This document shows, in pieces, positions 36,815-52,719 of a stretch of 64,000 bases of DNA; position 1 is the stretch's first letter, and each line of letters begins with the position of its first letter. The notes under the pieces are model-generated. The model had not been told where the DNA came from and did no database searches. It was given only the letters and a program-made list of their open reading frames with translations. Source of the DNA: the human T2T-CHM13v2.0 reference genome, Homo sapiens. The translations under genes and the position numbers were made by a program. The DNA lies in assembly GCF_009914755.1 (NCBI RefSeq), contig NC_060925.1, one strand, 5' to 3'.

Positions 36815-37470
36815 GAGGTAATCACACTCCTTGGCATTTACCCAGATGAACTGAAGACTTACGTCCACACAAAAAACCTACACACAGATGTTTTACTCAT
36901 AATTGCCAAAACTTAGAAGCAACCAAGATGTGTTTCAGTTATTGGATAAGTAAACTGTGATACATCCAGACAATGGAACATTATTTAGCAAGAAAAAGAA
37001 ATGAGCTACCAAGCCATACAAAGACATGGAAGTACCTTAAATGAGTATCACTAAGTGAAAGAAGCCCATCTCAAAAGGCTGCATACTGTATGAATCCAAC
37101 CATATTACATTCTGGAAAAGGCAAAACCATGGAGACAGTTAAAATATCGTTGGTTGCCAGGGGTTGGGGGGATGGAAGGATAAGTAAGTGGAACACAGAG
37201 AATTTTTAGGGCAGTGAAACTCCTCTGTGTGATATTATAGTGATGGGTACATGTCATTATTCATTTGTCAAGATCCATACAGTGGACAACCCAAGAGTGA
37301 ACCCTAAACTATGGACTTTGGGTGGTAACGACGTGTCCATGTACGTTCATCAGCTGTCACAAATGCACCACTGTAGCGTGGGAGCCAGAGAGGCAATGAG
37401 AACTTTGTACCTTCTGCTCAATTTTGCTGTGAATCTAAAATTGCTCTAAAAAATTAAGTCTATTCAAAAA
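36815..37470 (+). mobile_element. L1MC-like 3' end
   Basis: ctccttggcatttacccagatgaactgaagacttacgtccacac...tctaaaattgctctaaaaaa. Confidence 0.8.
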
Positions 37471-40400
37471 GAGGAGAGTAAGGAAGAATGATTAAAATAT
37501 GTTCTTTTTTTACCAACTGCTTATTTTCAGCAAGCATTGTTTACATATTTATGGAATCCATGCTTTTCCCTTTGACTTGTAATATTTTTAACTCTGCTGA
37601 GATAAGGGGGTTTCCATAACTGGAAATACAACACTGCAGTTGCAAAGACAGAAAAACAGTCCTGATTTAACCATGGGGCATGTTTTCCACCATGAATACG
37701 AATCCAGAAACTCAAGCCTCCATAGATTACAGCAAAACAAAAACTCAGCACGAGCATGGTAATGGAAACAGGATACAGAGTAGGTGGAGGAAATGCTAAA
37801 GAAATGAGCAAAATATGACAGGAAGTCTAAACAAATAGGTCTCATCTTCCTTCATTTATTCAGAAGAAGAAGAAGAAGAAATAGATATTTTCTCCAGTAC
37901 TATGGGAATCCCTTGCTTAGAGTGTAAAAGTGACTCTTATCAATTAAAAGATGACTCCACACCTGTCGCCATGCTTCCTGCCCTCCCTCCCCGCAGGTCT
38001 GTGACCAAGTCACTTCATTTCTTTGCTAAACCTGTTCCCTGGCTGCCACTGGGCCACCCTCCCACAGGAGCCAGCAGGCAGAGGTGCCTGGGGAGGAGAG
38101 GCCTAAGCTGCTGCCTGAGCTCCCAGGGCAGCAGGCCACGTGCTACTCAGGGCAGAGAACCCACAACATAAAAGGGAAGCTCACAGAACAGGCCCGACCG
38201 CCCTCTCCTCTCAGCCCGTGGAACTGGAATTGAAGCAGGGCCATCTCAACTCCTGCCCAGGGCCCCAGGTAGAGGGACTCAGAAAACCCTGCTATCCTTT
38301 CTAAAACATCCATGGATACAGCAGGCACAAGGTGGGAATCATAATTCAAACATCCACCTTCCTTAAAAAATGAGTCCAAAATGCTGAGAAAGCAACTCCC
38401 TAATTTTCTTTTTCCTTTTTTTTATTTTTATTTTATTTTTTTAATGTCAGATTTCAAAAAGAAAAGGCCAGACTACTAAAGGGAAAGGGGATGAGGAAAC
38501 TTCATGTGTCATTGGTCCTGCATTGAGAGGCCACACAGCAGCCAAACTCAAATCTAACAAAGATGTAAGGCTCAAGAAAGTTCTGAAGCGATTGATTCTA
38601 CCAGCTGTTTTATAATGCTCCTTCTGCCTGGTTTGAAACTTTTAACAATAATGTACAGGTAAAAACTTTTGTAATAAATTGGTTTATTTTAGAAAGCAAA
38701 CCTCTAGGCTGGCCAGCACACAGGCCCCTAGGTTTGCAGAAAGGTCTTTTGCAGGTAGCCCTAATGACACAGAGCGGGTGTAGCAGCTCAGCAGTTTGCT
38801 AAACATAGGTACCCATAGCCGCCTCTAGCCTAAGGACTAAGAAGCCACAGGCAATGCAGCAGACATAGGGAGGCAAAAACAGCTTCAGAAAAGGAAGCTA
38901 AGGCCAAGAGGAATAAGAGAGCAACAGCAAGTCCTCAGGTTCCTGTAGGAGGAACAGAGATGAAGGCACTGGAGGGACACGGCAGTGGATCATGCCAAGC
39001 TGTTGAAGAGGGGACAGAGCTGTCTGGCTCCGGGTTCTTTAAAAATCCACGTTCCACAACATGTGAAACCCCGATTAGGGATATTGAAACACCCTTCTTG
39101 CCCAGCTCCACCGTATGGAGAGATGGAAGAGGCAAGTAGGTCCACGCGAACAAGACGCACCAGCTGCCAAAGCTCCCCCAGTCATCTGCTTAGGGCCCAT
39201 CTGGAGCCAAGAATGTATCACAGAACGCAGAACCCTGTAACTCTCACCATGTACTCAGATCTTGCTAGATCAGTGACAAGAAGATTGGGGGCAGGAGCAG
39301 GGAGGAACACATTCCTAACAATTCAGAGGTGTGTGGGGTTTTCTCCTTGCAGATAACAGGAAACAGCAGAAGCAAACAGGGTGATCCCTCTAAAATAAAA
39401 ACTTTTCCCCTCCCAAACTAAGCCATTCCCGAAACCCTACTGCTGGAGGAAGAACGTGGCAATCAAGCAGCGTGGGTGAAAGACTGTCAAAAGCATCCAT
39501 TTGCAGACCTGCCTTAATGTTCTTACCAAAATACTGGACCCAAAGTGCACGGCCCCAGTGTCTGGGCCTGCTCCAAGCCAGGCCAGCGAGTTGGAAAGAA
39601 ACTCTGTGAGCCATTGGTTCTGCCACCAGACTTCACAGAGAGGCAAACTACCCCTTAAGAGGGGTGGCACCTTGCTGCTGGCATGGCCAGGACAAGAATC
39701 CAGGACATGGGGCTCCACCGGCTCCTCTCCTTTTGCTGGTTGAGAAGCGTTCTTCCAGCAGCAGCTCCAGATTCTCCACAAAATGGGGTTGGGTGGCTGT
39801 GGGAAGGGGCCGGGGCCTAGGTTGAAGCTATACTTCCATGCTTTTTTACTGAGATCATATGTTCACACGTGGGGATTTTTAAAGGAGTTGGTAAAGATTA
39901 TGGGAGGATGAAGTACCCTAAGCTAAAATGCCTTGTCTCTAATATAACGGGCCTTGAGAAATATTTGCTCTGTTGATTTCCAAGGAAGCAAGAACCTAAA
40001 GACTGATAGGTCCCTTCACGGCTTCAATACTCAAAGGCAGCAGCCTCCTTCCCTGAGGAGAACCAGGTTAAGTCATCAAGGCAAGGGGCCATCTGGGCCT
40101 CAGGCCAAGGGATGAGGATGAAAACACACACACAGATGCCACACCTGTCAGATGCACACGGAACTTCAGTGAGTGAACTGAGCCCCTGACCACATTCAAA
40201 ACCACCAAGATCTGTGATCAGCATCATATAATCAATTTCTATTTGTTCCTGCAATACACAAGAAATGTCTAGAAGATGATCACCACATTTGGAGGCTGTA
40301 TTTGCATGCTCTGACTTAAAACGTTGCTATGTGAGATAGAAAAACATTACTGGCAATGGGGGAGAGGATACCATTCAAAGAAATAGGCAGTGTCCTTCAG

Positions 40401-42169
40401 GGCAGTGGAAAGGGCTGTGGAGGCCCCAGGACCACATCAGAAGACTGATCAAGTGGGAAGAGACATTGGGCCCCACTCTATCTAGTTTACAGTCCTTTAG
40501 GACAAACTTGGGGTCACCTATTTGGGGGTACCTCTGTTCAGCAGCCTATCCTGTCCTTATCCATCATCCCTGTGCCCAGGAGCTGGCCCTCCTCCATGAA
40601 TGATCTCCTGGGGACAACAATGAGACAACTGACTCCACTTTGGTGCCTACCTCTGGCGCAGTCCAGGGGAATTTAAATTCCCTACTGCTATTAACCTACG
40701 CAGACACTGCAGGCAAAAATGTACCCTGGGCCATGTTCCTATGTACCTCTGTTAAAATTCAGGGTCTATCTGCCCCTCTGCTGTCTGAGCTGAGGCTGGT
40801 CAGAGGCATTTCAGAACATGCTCTCAGCTGGTTTTGCAAAGCTGAGATTCAATTCTCCTGAGTTGCTCCTGGAAGGACATACAGGCACCACAGCACGGCA
40901 CAGTTCCACTTGCTTTTAAATCACATTGAGTTTACAAATTCAGAAACGGCTCAGTCTGGCACCAGATGAGGAATGAGAATAAAAAATTAACTTGGCCACA
41001 TTCTTCCTTGTCAGTAATACTGGGCTCTTCTATGACATGGGCTTTTTCATCATGAGTAGGCGTGTAGATATTCTTAGCTGGACACCAAGCTAAGGGAAAA
41101 TGACAGTCACTCTCCAACATTTGTAAGTACTTAGAAGTTTACTTCCTGTCATATTTATTCGTGACTCTTCCAAAGGAGTGCTGCCTGCTTTTTCATCCCC
41201 CAAATCTGGGCGCAAACACTGCACACAAGTCTTTATAAATACGCCTATTTTCCCACTGAAAATGTTTCAGCTCTAGGAATACATTTTAAAACCTATATTT
41301 TCCCCTCCCCAGTTTACCACACCCTTGTTTTTCCTGGCAAAGCCATCAGAATTTGAAGTCCAGTAGAGAATTTCCTTTTGATTCCATCAGAATAAAGAAA
41401 CACTGGCAGCATCCTTCAGTCATTTCACTTTTCCCTCACATTAAAGTGGGTTTATGACCATGAACACTTCGTATTAATAAATGTCTCAGCACACCCAAGC
41501 CTGAAAATCTGATCTAAACCTCCTTAACTTGAATTCCATCCACAATCCACAACTTCCTCGGAAAAAATCTCTCCCAGCTTCTCCTTCCTCTAGCCCAAGA
41601 AACAGCCTTAACAGCGAGCGATTTCATTCCTACACTCTTTGCTCAGCTTGACTTTGCTCCTCACGGCAAAAGTTGAGTTTGAAACGCCAAAGAGTCACAG
41701 TGCAAATTCTAATGGCACCAAACAGGCTTCGGTTAAACACATTTCTAAGAAAAAGAAGACCAAGTTTCTGAACCCTACAGAAGATTCAGGCGTTTGTGAC
41801 TAAGTGTGGGTCATCCCTGAGCTTTTTCTGGAACAGATTCAGCGTTTCTACCTTCACAAATGACTGTCCCTCTAGCAGTCTGGACAGTGTCTAGATCTGA
41901 GACCTAAACATGCCCTGTTATGTGGCCACGACTTACTGGAGCTCATTTAAACTTATCGTCCCTTAGTTTTTTGGTGGAAAACAGGGCCACCATGCTCACC
42001 CTTAAAACATACGCTGGGCATTGTGCTCACTTGGAAAACATCTTAGGGTGATGGATGGGTTTCCCTCCTTATCTTGGAAGACACCTTTTCTTCCTTGTTA
42101 CCTGGCTTGGCAATTTTACTTTCCCCATACATCTCATCACAAGTATTCATGTTAGTATATATCATTTGC

Positions 42170-42310
42170 TCAGTCCCTTCACGGGCAGGCACGGGGTGGC
42201 GTTATTACCCCCGTTTTACACAGTGGAAACTGAGGCTCTAAGAAGTTAATTGACCCACCGCCATACAGGTAGTAAGTAGCAGAGCTGGATTAAAACCCAG
42301 GCTTGTCTGG
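42170..42310 (-). mobile_element. MIR
   Basis: cccgttttacacagtggaaactgaggctc...agtaagtagcagagctggattaaaacccagg. Confidence 0.7.
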
Positions 42311-42329
42311 TTTAAAATTGCTTGTTGTT

Positions 42330-43700
42330 TCCACTTTGGTCAGCCTCGCTTACGACAGCTCCGGGAGAAGTCTCTGGAGTCCGTGCGAGCCGGCGGATCA
42401 GGTCTAGATGGAGGTTCTTTAACGACCCACCTCTCGGCGATCTCTTAACCAACTCCCCCAGCGGAGCCCCCACCCCCCGAACTTCGGCTCTGGGGCTCCC
42501 CTCCCACCCACCGCCATTCCTGCCTTTTCTTTTCCAGCCCCTACCAGCTGGGGCGGCCTCACGCCGGCAGGTGCCCACCGGGCCGGGGCGCCTCGGGGCG
42601 CCGGGAGGGGAAGAGGGTCCGCGGCCAGGCCCGCACCTACCTCGTCCCCGAAGCGCACCACCTTCTGGCCCGTGGGCCCGCGCAAGCCGGGGAAGCGCGT
42701 GAGCTCCTCCGAGTCCCCGGGGTCTCGGGGCGCCGGGGCGCGCGGCCCCACCAGGCACCGGTCGATGATCTCGTCCTGCTGCGCGGGCGGCAGCCGCGCC
42801 CACTCGGGCCCGTACTTCTCGCGGATCTTCTCCTTGTCCTGCATGATCTTCCTGGCCATGGGGCTCAGCGACGAGAAGTAAGTGAAGCGCTTTCGCTCCC
42901 GGTCGTCCAGAGGCCGGTTCCCGCTCATGACCGCCGAGCGCGAAGCCGCGATCGCCGCCGCCATGGACGCCATGCCCGGCCTGCCCGCCGCTCCCGGCCC
43001 GCGCCCCGCCCCTCGCTGTGCCCGCCCTCGCCCCGCCCCGCGCCACCCGGAGCCCCGCCCCCTCCGGGAACCCCGCCCTGCACCGCCGCGTACCCGGGTC
43101 TCCAAGCCAACCCAGCTCCCCAAGCCCCGGGACCCCGGCCCTCCGCGGCCCCCTCCCCGGGAGCTCCTCCCTCCGGGCCCCCCCCCGCCACCCCCTCGCG
43201 GACCCCACGAGTCCCCCTTTACGCCTCCATAGTGGATTACCGCGGTGCCCGCAGGTTTCGGGCTCCCCTTACCCGGCTCAGGTGGTAGCCGGCGTGTCCC
43301 TGAGTCCGCGCCCGGCGCTCTGAGAGGGTGGCCGTGGTTAATTCCCGGTAGTGACCGCCATAGCGCCACGTGGCCACTGCTTGACAAAGGAAACTTTTTT
43401 CAACCTCCAGTGAGCCTAAGAAAGCCCCAGCATTTCAGGCCAAGCCGCTGGCTGCCTGGCTTCTGTTTTTACTCCTTTCCTTCTGTCCCTTTCTGGGACG
43501 AGCCACACCTTCTCTGCTTTCTCTGGGCCCGTCCAGGACGCTGGGCCCGGGGCCTGGCGCGGTGAGCTGCAGATAGCCGGGGGCGCAGGGCAGCCCGGAG
43601 GCTGGAGGGCGACCTGGAAGGCTGGACCGGTTCGGGGCATCTGGTGCTCAAGGAAAGTCAGCTCCCGCCGCCCCTCGGGGCCAGGTGGGTGCATGAAGTA
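42330..43700. promoter_or_regulatory. CpG island / TATA-less promoter of C1orf198
   Basis: Very high GC and CpG density; GC boxes at 43004-43012, 43031-43039, 43053-43062, 43071-43078; E-box palindrome GCCACGTGGC at 43365-43374. Confidence 0.9.
42641..42973 (-). CDS. C1orf198: C1orf198 coding exon 1 (aa 1-111; start of the conserved N-terminal domain, recalled as DUF4706)
   Basis: ATG at 42973-42971 in strong Kozak context (ggcATGG); ends ...FGDE followed by donor GAG|GTAGGT; 333 nt; lies in CpG island. Confidence 0.95.
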
Positions 43701-44821
43701 CCCGGTGGCCCAGGTGCCTTTCCCCAACCCAAGGAGCTCAGAACTCTTGGCAGTTCGACGTTTGCAAACAAACCAAAGAGGAGCAGAAAGTTTTCAGACT
43801 CAGAGGCGACATCCCAACAGGTAGGGGGCCAGGGTTTGTAATTTTGAGGTGTGTCCCAGACAGACCACAAAATTAAAATTATAGCGAGCCCCCACTTCCC
43901 CCAAGCCCCTCTCTCCATCTGACTGATTTTAACAAGACTAACAGGACTCAGGTGAGAATTGTGTCCACTCGTAAAATAAAAAAACAAAAACAAAAACCAG
44001 CATTTCAGCTGTTATCCAGGGTCTTTGCCTGGATAGTTCTGAACACAAAAGTAGAAATAACTTGCAAAGTCCTATTTTAAATGTGAGATGGCCTCATCTT
44101 CCGGCCCAGAAATCCTCAGAATATTTTTGGAATGTCATGAATGTGGCAGGCTCTACAGTTAAAGACATTATTATCAACAATGTTCACAACATAATATATT
44201 GAAGCAGGGAAAGGCAAGCACCACCAAATATAGTCTCCACAGTAAGTGGCGGATTATTTATGAGACCGGAAGTTTAAGGACAGTTTTTTGGAGTATGATC
44301 TTCTGTTTGAGTTGATGCTAGAGAAGCTCAATACATTGACCTGAATCCCACTGATTTCTCTCCTCTAATCCTTGTTTAATAATATAGGTAATGTTTAAAG
44401 ATATATTCTTGAAATTAATTAACATCCCCAGGCTTGCTTTGATATTCACATAAGAAGCTGTCCGTACCCTTAGAAACTTGGTCTCATGCTGTTTTCAAAG
44501 CAGTTGTGGAAATAATTGTTGCTTTCAAAAAAAAAAAAACCACAACCCCATGAGGTGTTTTGGGTCTGGCAATAATTGATTGTCAAAGAAGTTTTCAAGA
44601 TAATAAAAGCGTGAGATAATTCAGGGACATTGGCCAAAGTATGTAAAGTCCATGATCTGGATGATAAGGGGCTAACTGAAAGAAAAATTCTTCCAGATTA
44701 TAAGAAGAAACTCAGGGGAATTAAAGTATGGCTCTAACAGATGACTTGGCTGAAATTAGAAACTTTTTTTTTTACATATATCTTTATCTACTCCTGGAGG
44801 GAATAAAAATAGCCAAACTCC

Positions 44822-45525
<704 letters not shown>

Positions 45526-45574
45526 TTCAAGTAAAATAGTGCGGGATGGCTGTCATGCTAAGCACCTGTCGCAG

Positions 45575-45940
45575 TCCCTTTGGGACGTGGTACCATAGAC
45601 TGGGTGACTTCAGCAAAAAACATGTATTTCTTACAGTTCTGGAGGCTGGAAGTCTGACATTAGGATGCCAGTGTGATCAGATTCTGGTAAGAGCCCTCTT
45701 TGGGGTTGCAGACTGCCAGCTTCTTGTTATATCCTCACATGGTGGAAAGAGGGATACAGCAAGCTCTCTCATGACTCCCGTAGGGCACAAATCCCTTTCC
45801 TAAAGACTCCATTCTCATGACCTCATCTAGTCAGTCCTAAGTACTTTCTTCAGGCCTCACCTCCTAATACCATCACATTGGTATTAGGTAGGGTTTCAAC
45901 ATAAGAATTTTGAGGGGACACAAGTGTTTAGTCTGTAACA
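45575..45940 (-). mobile_element. MLT1A-like LTR (reverse)
   Basis: taccatagactgggtgac...cagttctggaggctggaagtc...ggggacacaagtgtttagtctgtaaca. Confidence 0.7.
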
Positions 45941-46291
45941 TCTTCTTAGGTAAGAATTTGGATGGAGGCAGCCTAAATTATCTTTCTTTGTGAATGTGGT
46001 TTAGCCAGTAGACTCTCTCTGTTCACAAAATGAAGAGGCTAACACGTGGTGCCTGACCCACGGAAATGCTTTCAAACCTTGCAGTGGTCCAAAGGGTATT
46101 CCTTTAATCATCAGCACTTTACTGAGGCATTTGCTACTTTATGTTAAGCAATATGGGGGGAGATGAAAAGGGTGTGTTAACAGCATTATTTCCGTGTGTG
46201 ATGAATGATCGGGGTCCCACACAAGATCGGCTCTGCAGGGCCTTGAGCACACTCTACCGGGTCTGTGTAAGCAACCTCAGGTTTTCATATG

Positions 46292-47225
<934 letters not shown>

Positions 47226-47264
47226 ACATGGTATTCGTTCCTGGAATGCTTTTCTTAGCAATTA

Positions 47265-47580
<316 letters not shown>

Positions 47581-48234
47581 TTAGGGAGACATAGCAACAA
47601 GTGCTTTAACCAAGTCAAACTGTCTCTGGTGTCCTGAGCTGTGGAGTTCTTCCTGGTAAGTGTCATTTCAGTTATTTTCCTCAGAAATGTTCTTGAGTGA
47701 CCACTAGAATGCAAACTGTACAATAAGGAGAACCTTATCTGCCTTGTTTACTGTTGTAAACAATAATGCCTTATTCATAGTGAAGGAATTATGAATTATG
47801 AAGGAATGAATAAGTATTCCATAATTGGCATCATTAATTCCCTCTCTACAGAAAAGAAAACTGAGGCATCAGCAGAAGAGACTCACCTAAGCTTGTCCCT
47901 GACCACCCGCGCACCTCATAGTTTGGGACGGAATTGAGATCACAGAACAGGGTTCCTTTGTCTTTTGTTAAATCTGTAACATTGGATTGATGTGTCTAAG
48001 GTTAACTATTGGATGTAATAATAATGATATTAAAAACTGACCTTAAGGGCACAATTTATTAAAGTTTCCAAGTCACTTACTTGGAAGTCAAGTCAAATAT
48101 AGCACTAACTTGTCAGTGTAACAATAGAATACCCAAAGTGATGGCCAACATTCCCATTACACGTCTGACATCTTGGCTAACAGTCATAGCCCTGGAACTC
48201 TTCTCCCTAGGCCAGCCCCATTTAAAAAATCCAT

Positions 48235-48512
48235 TAATCCCAGTGCTTTGAGAGGCCAAGGCAGGAATATTGCTTGAGGCCAGGAGTTTGAGACCTGCTA
48301 GGACAACATAGTGAGACTCCATCTCTACAAAAATAAAATAAAATAATTAGCCAGGTATGGTGGCACACACCTATAGTCCTAGCTAATTAGGAGACTGAGG
48401 CAGGAAGATTGCCTGAGCCTGTGAGTTTGAGGCTACAGTGAGCTACGATCATGTCATTGCACTCTACCCTGGGTGACAAAGCAAGACCCTGTCTCTAAAA
48501 AAACAAAAAAAA
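48235..48512 (+). mobile_element. Alu (AluJ-like, 5' end missing)
   Basis: taatcccagtgctttgagaggcc...gaggctacagtgagctacgatc. Confidence 0.8.
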
Positions 48513-49089
48513 ATTTATTGAGAGAGAGAGACAGCAAGGCCGGCTGGTCTCGAGGAAGAGAAATAAACCTCTACAAGAAAACTGCCACACCCTGTTTGAG
48601 CCCAACCTGTTCACCCTCAAAGACAGAATGACGGTCTTCCCCATCTGTCTGCACTCCTGGCTGTTCACAGGGCACATCAACAGGGAAATGCTGTCTGTTC
48701 TACTCATGTCTTACTGGTGACTTCCTGTAGAAATTCATGTTATTGTTTAAAATAATTAATTCTATATTTGTTTCTTTGGCATTTGTGCTTACCATATTCT
48801 CACATTTTATCTGATCTCCCTGCTTAGAAAAGTGAAATTGACATTATATTGAGCATCTCCTCTGCAACAGGCACTGTGAAATCACATTAGTCAGATGTCG
48901 TCCATTAGTTAGACATTTTTCTATTAGTTAGATGTTTTGTCTATGTTTTAATGAGAACTTGCTATCAAAGAACTAACTTCTGTTTTCTTTCCCAGCTTGG
49001 CTTGAAGGAGTACTTTAGGACTCAGAACAACAGGATGAAGACAGCAGCTAAAATAGAACACACCAGCAGAGACGTTCAGCTCCTTGAGC

Positions 49090-49405
49090 TGTGCTTCCGA
49101 AGCTCAAGCATGGCAGAGTGGCCTTGTTAAATCAGAGTTCAGGGTGCCACCCTGACAGTTTCTGATTCCGTAGGTGCCCAGTAGGGACCAAGAATCCTTT
49201 TTTTTTTTCCTTTTTCTTTTTAATAGAGTCAGGGTCTTGCTATGTTGCCCACATGGGTCTCAAATTCAAGCGATCCTCCCACCTCGACCTCCCAAAGCAC
49301 TGGAATTCCAGGCATAAGCCACCGTGCCTGGTCAAGAACGTTTTTTTTTTTAACAAGTTTCTAAATGATGCTGGTCTATTGGTCCTGGGACCACACTTTG
49401 AAATT
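49090..49405 (+). mobile_element. MER5A-like element with an antisense FLAM inserted (~49197-49335)
   Basis: tttctgattccgtagg...; taacaagtttctaaatgatgctg...gggaccacactttga. Confidence 0.6.
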
Positions 49406-50240
49406 GGTGGGATAGGAGGCTGGGATCTTTATCCATTCACTCAACTCCCATTCCCCATGGTTGAAAGTTTCCCTGGGGCATCCCTGGGAGGCCTGGGGGC
49501 TGACAAGATTCAAACGTTTTGGTGAAAAGCCCCAAGACAGTGAAGTGGGGTGTGCTTGAAGTGGGGCACCGTCATCACCCACCTACCCACCACAGAGGTG
49601 AGCTAAAAGGTAAGGTGTGGCTCACAAAAATCTTCTGCTAAATACCTATCTTTGCCTCCATTTCTTCCTCTTTAAGACGGGGGTAACTGTACCAGTGTTC
49701 TAGGGTAACATGTACCACCCTTGAATACAGTGTTGCTCCCTGTCATGACTCACGGACAGGTTACCAGACCGGAGCCTCCAGCAATCCAGGAGCACAAACA
49801 AGGATGCCTTAAAACAAAACTTGTGTCAGGGTACCCTTCGCTGCCTCAGAGGAAATCAGAATGACCTGGTGGACAACTGTTCATAAGGACAAGAGCCAGT
49901 ATCACTGCCTTTGAGTCCCAGCCTCCTCAAATCCATTTTCTGCCCTGCACCACCTCATCATATCCCGGATATTGTTAGTGTCGTGTCATTTCATGACTCA
50001 GGAGCTGCGGGTGACTTTGGTAAGAGCGGAGCGGTCGCTGTCTCATCTGTCACCTCCTCCCTTCACCTCTGTGCAGCCAACGTCCAGGGAGCCTGCCTCT
50101 TGCTGTCCTTTTCAAAGCTTTCTGGGTCTCTCCTCTGTGCCTCTGATCCAGTCTTTCATGCTGCCCAGAACACTGTCTCTTTCTCCCATGCCAGTGACAT
50201 CCATTACTTTCTTCAAGGTCTGGCTCAAAACCCAGCACTC

Positions 50241-50621
<381 letters not shown>

Positions 50622-50699
50622 CTAGGTTTGTTTATGTCCTGGCTCAGACACTTTGCAGCCTCATAGATGACATTAAACAAGCTCCTTAGCCTGTTATCT

Positions 50700-51140
50700 T
50701 ACTTTGGGCTACCCTAAAAGCAGAGACTATGATATGGACTTGGATATGTGTAGTTAATTTGGGAAGTGATCCAGGGAAGCCGGAATGAGGGGTGGGAAGT
50801 AGGAAAAATCAAACAACTATGTGTCATTGAGCCCACTGCTCCTGTGGGCTACTGGAGATCAGTCACACAGGGCACTCTCTGTGAACCGTGTTCAAAGCCC
50901 CTCAGAATTGGCCCCCCAAAGAATGGGAGGCTGGGATCTCTATCTGTTGACTCAACTCCTATTCCCCATGGTTGAAGGTTGCCCTGGGGGCACCATTGGG
51001 GGCTGACAAGACTCAAAGGCTTTCGAGAAAAGCCCTGAAACAGTGAAGTGAGGTGTGCTGGAAGTGGAGCACGGTCACCACCCACCTGCGCACCACAGAG
51101 GCGGGCTAAGGGTGACGTATGGCTGACAAAAGTCTTCTGC
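50700..51140 (-). mobile_element. ERVL LTR16/LTR33-like fragment
   Basis: gggctaccctaaaagcagagac...gtagttaatttgggaagtgatccagggaagc resembles reverse LTR16/33 end. Confidence 0.45.
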
Positions 51141-52359
51141 TCAATACCTGTCTGTGCCTCAGTTTCTTCCTCTTTAAGATGGGGTAACTATCCACATTTT
51201 AGGGTAGCGTCAAATGACAGAGGTGACATATGCGAAGGCCCCTCCCTCAGCACATGCCAGCCACCCCAGCTCCCTGACTGTGTCCACTCAACACTTACAA
51301 CTGTTGTATTCATCATGTCTACGTGCATGTACAGTCCCTCAGTGTTATCTATGGCTATTTCAGGTCTTTTATCTTAGCTGAAGATAAGGGCAGGTTCTTC
51401 CCTTCTTTTTTGTCACCCATCCCAAAGTGCCTACCACACAGCTGAATGCCAAGTAGGTCCTTGGTACAAATGGGTGTCGAGTGAATTTGCTGTCCCAAAA
51501 AAGTCATCTGTGAGCCTGTTCTCTTCCACGGAGATGCCCTGCAAGGCCATGGAGAAGCCATAGGGCAGCGTCCTAGCCTGCTTCTTACAGCTGAGAGACC
51601 AGCTCCAACATTGCGTGAGCCCATTGCCAAACTGCTGGTGAAGTACCATGCTCTGTGGCAAACACATGGCAGCTTGGGGAGGGAAGTCTTCTGACGCCCT
51701 GAGCCCTGGCAGGGCAATGGGCAGTAGATCAAGCTGGCCTGCCCTGCGTGGGCCCTCAGCAGGGATGCAGGCGAGGCTCCCAGAAGACAATGACTCAGGC
51801 CTGCATCTGTGACTGGTTATTCCAGATGCTGCCCTGCAATGGGACTGTTCTCTGCTCCCCCCACCCCCGACACCAGTACAGCACGGGAATGCATGAGAGT
51901 GAGCCTTGGTTTCTTTAGGGGAGTCACTGCGTAATTGGAGAGCAGTGTTCATGGGCAAGACAAAGGAGGGCCGGGGCAAGTAAGGGAAGATGAGAAGATG
52001 ATGTTCCAAACTACTCTCGGTATAAAATGTGCTTTGAATATTTTGGATTATTTTTCCAATGGTAGAGAGAGTTTTCCCTGAGACACTGGTTCATCACCAA
52101 GTCAGGTGACGCTGGGTCTGGGGCACTCTGCATCTACAGCCTGGAACACAATCGTCTTCTCTAGGCAAAACCACGTGACTCACATGAGGCTCAAAGCTGG
52201 ACCCTTCTTGCCGTCTATACCATACTTAGCAAAGACAACAGGCTTAACTGCTCTGTGAAAAATGCTAAACAACTTCTCAAAAACAATAAACATCTTCTAC
52301 CTACCTGAATGTTTACATTTAGACAGGCCTTTAAGATTATTAGTCTCTATAAAAATATA

Positions 52360-52719
52360 CAGGCATACCTCAGAGATAATTCAAGTTCAGTTCCAGGCCA
52401 CTGCAATAAAGCAGATATCACAATAAAGCAAGTCACACAAATTTTGTGGTTCCCCAGTGCTTATCAAAGCTGTGTTTGCACTATACTATAGCCTATTAAG
52501 TGTGCAATGATATTATGTCTTTTAAAAAAGTACACATGTTATTTTAAAAAGACCTTATTGACAAAAAGTGCTGACAGACACAAAGTGAGCACATGCTCTT
52601 GGGGAAAATGGCACCGATAGACTCATTCGATGCAGGGTTGCCGTGAATCTTCAATTTGTAAAAAACACAATACCTGCGAAGCATAATAAAGTGAAATGCA
52701 GTAAAACAAGGTATACCTG
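52360..52719 (-). mobile_element. Internally deleted Tigger1 with both TIRs and TA TSDs
   Basis: ta|caggcatacctc... and ...aggtatacctg|ta; both ends resemble Tigger1 termini. Confidence 0.8.

Noticed and set aside
42312-43323. Other long ORFs across the CpG island (298, 126, 116, 101 aa)
   Set aside because: Alternative-frame or antisense products of stop-poor GC-rich DNA overlapping exon 1
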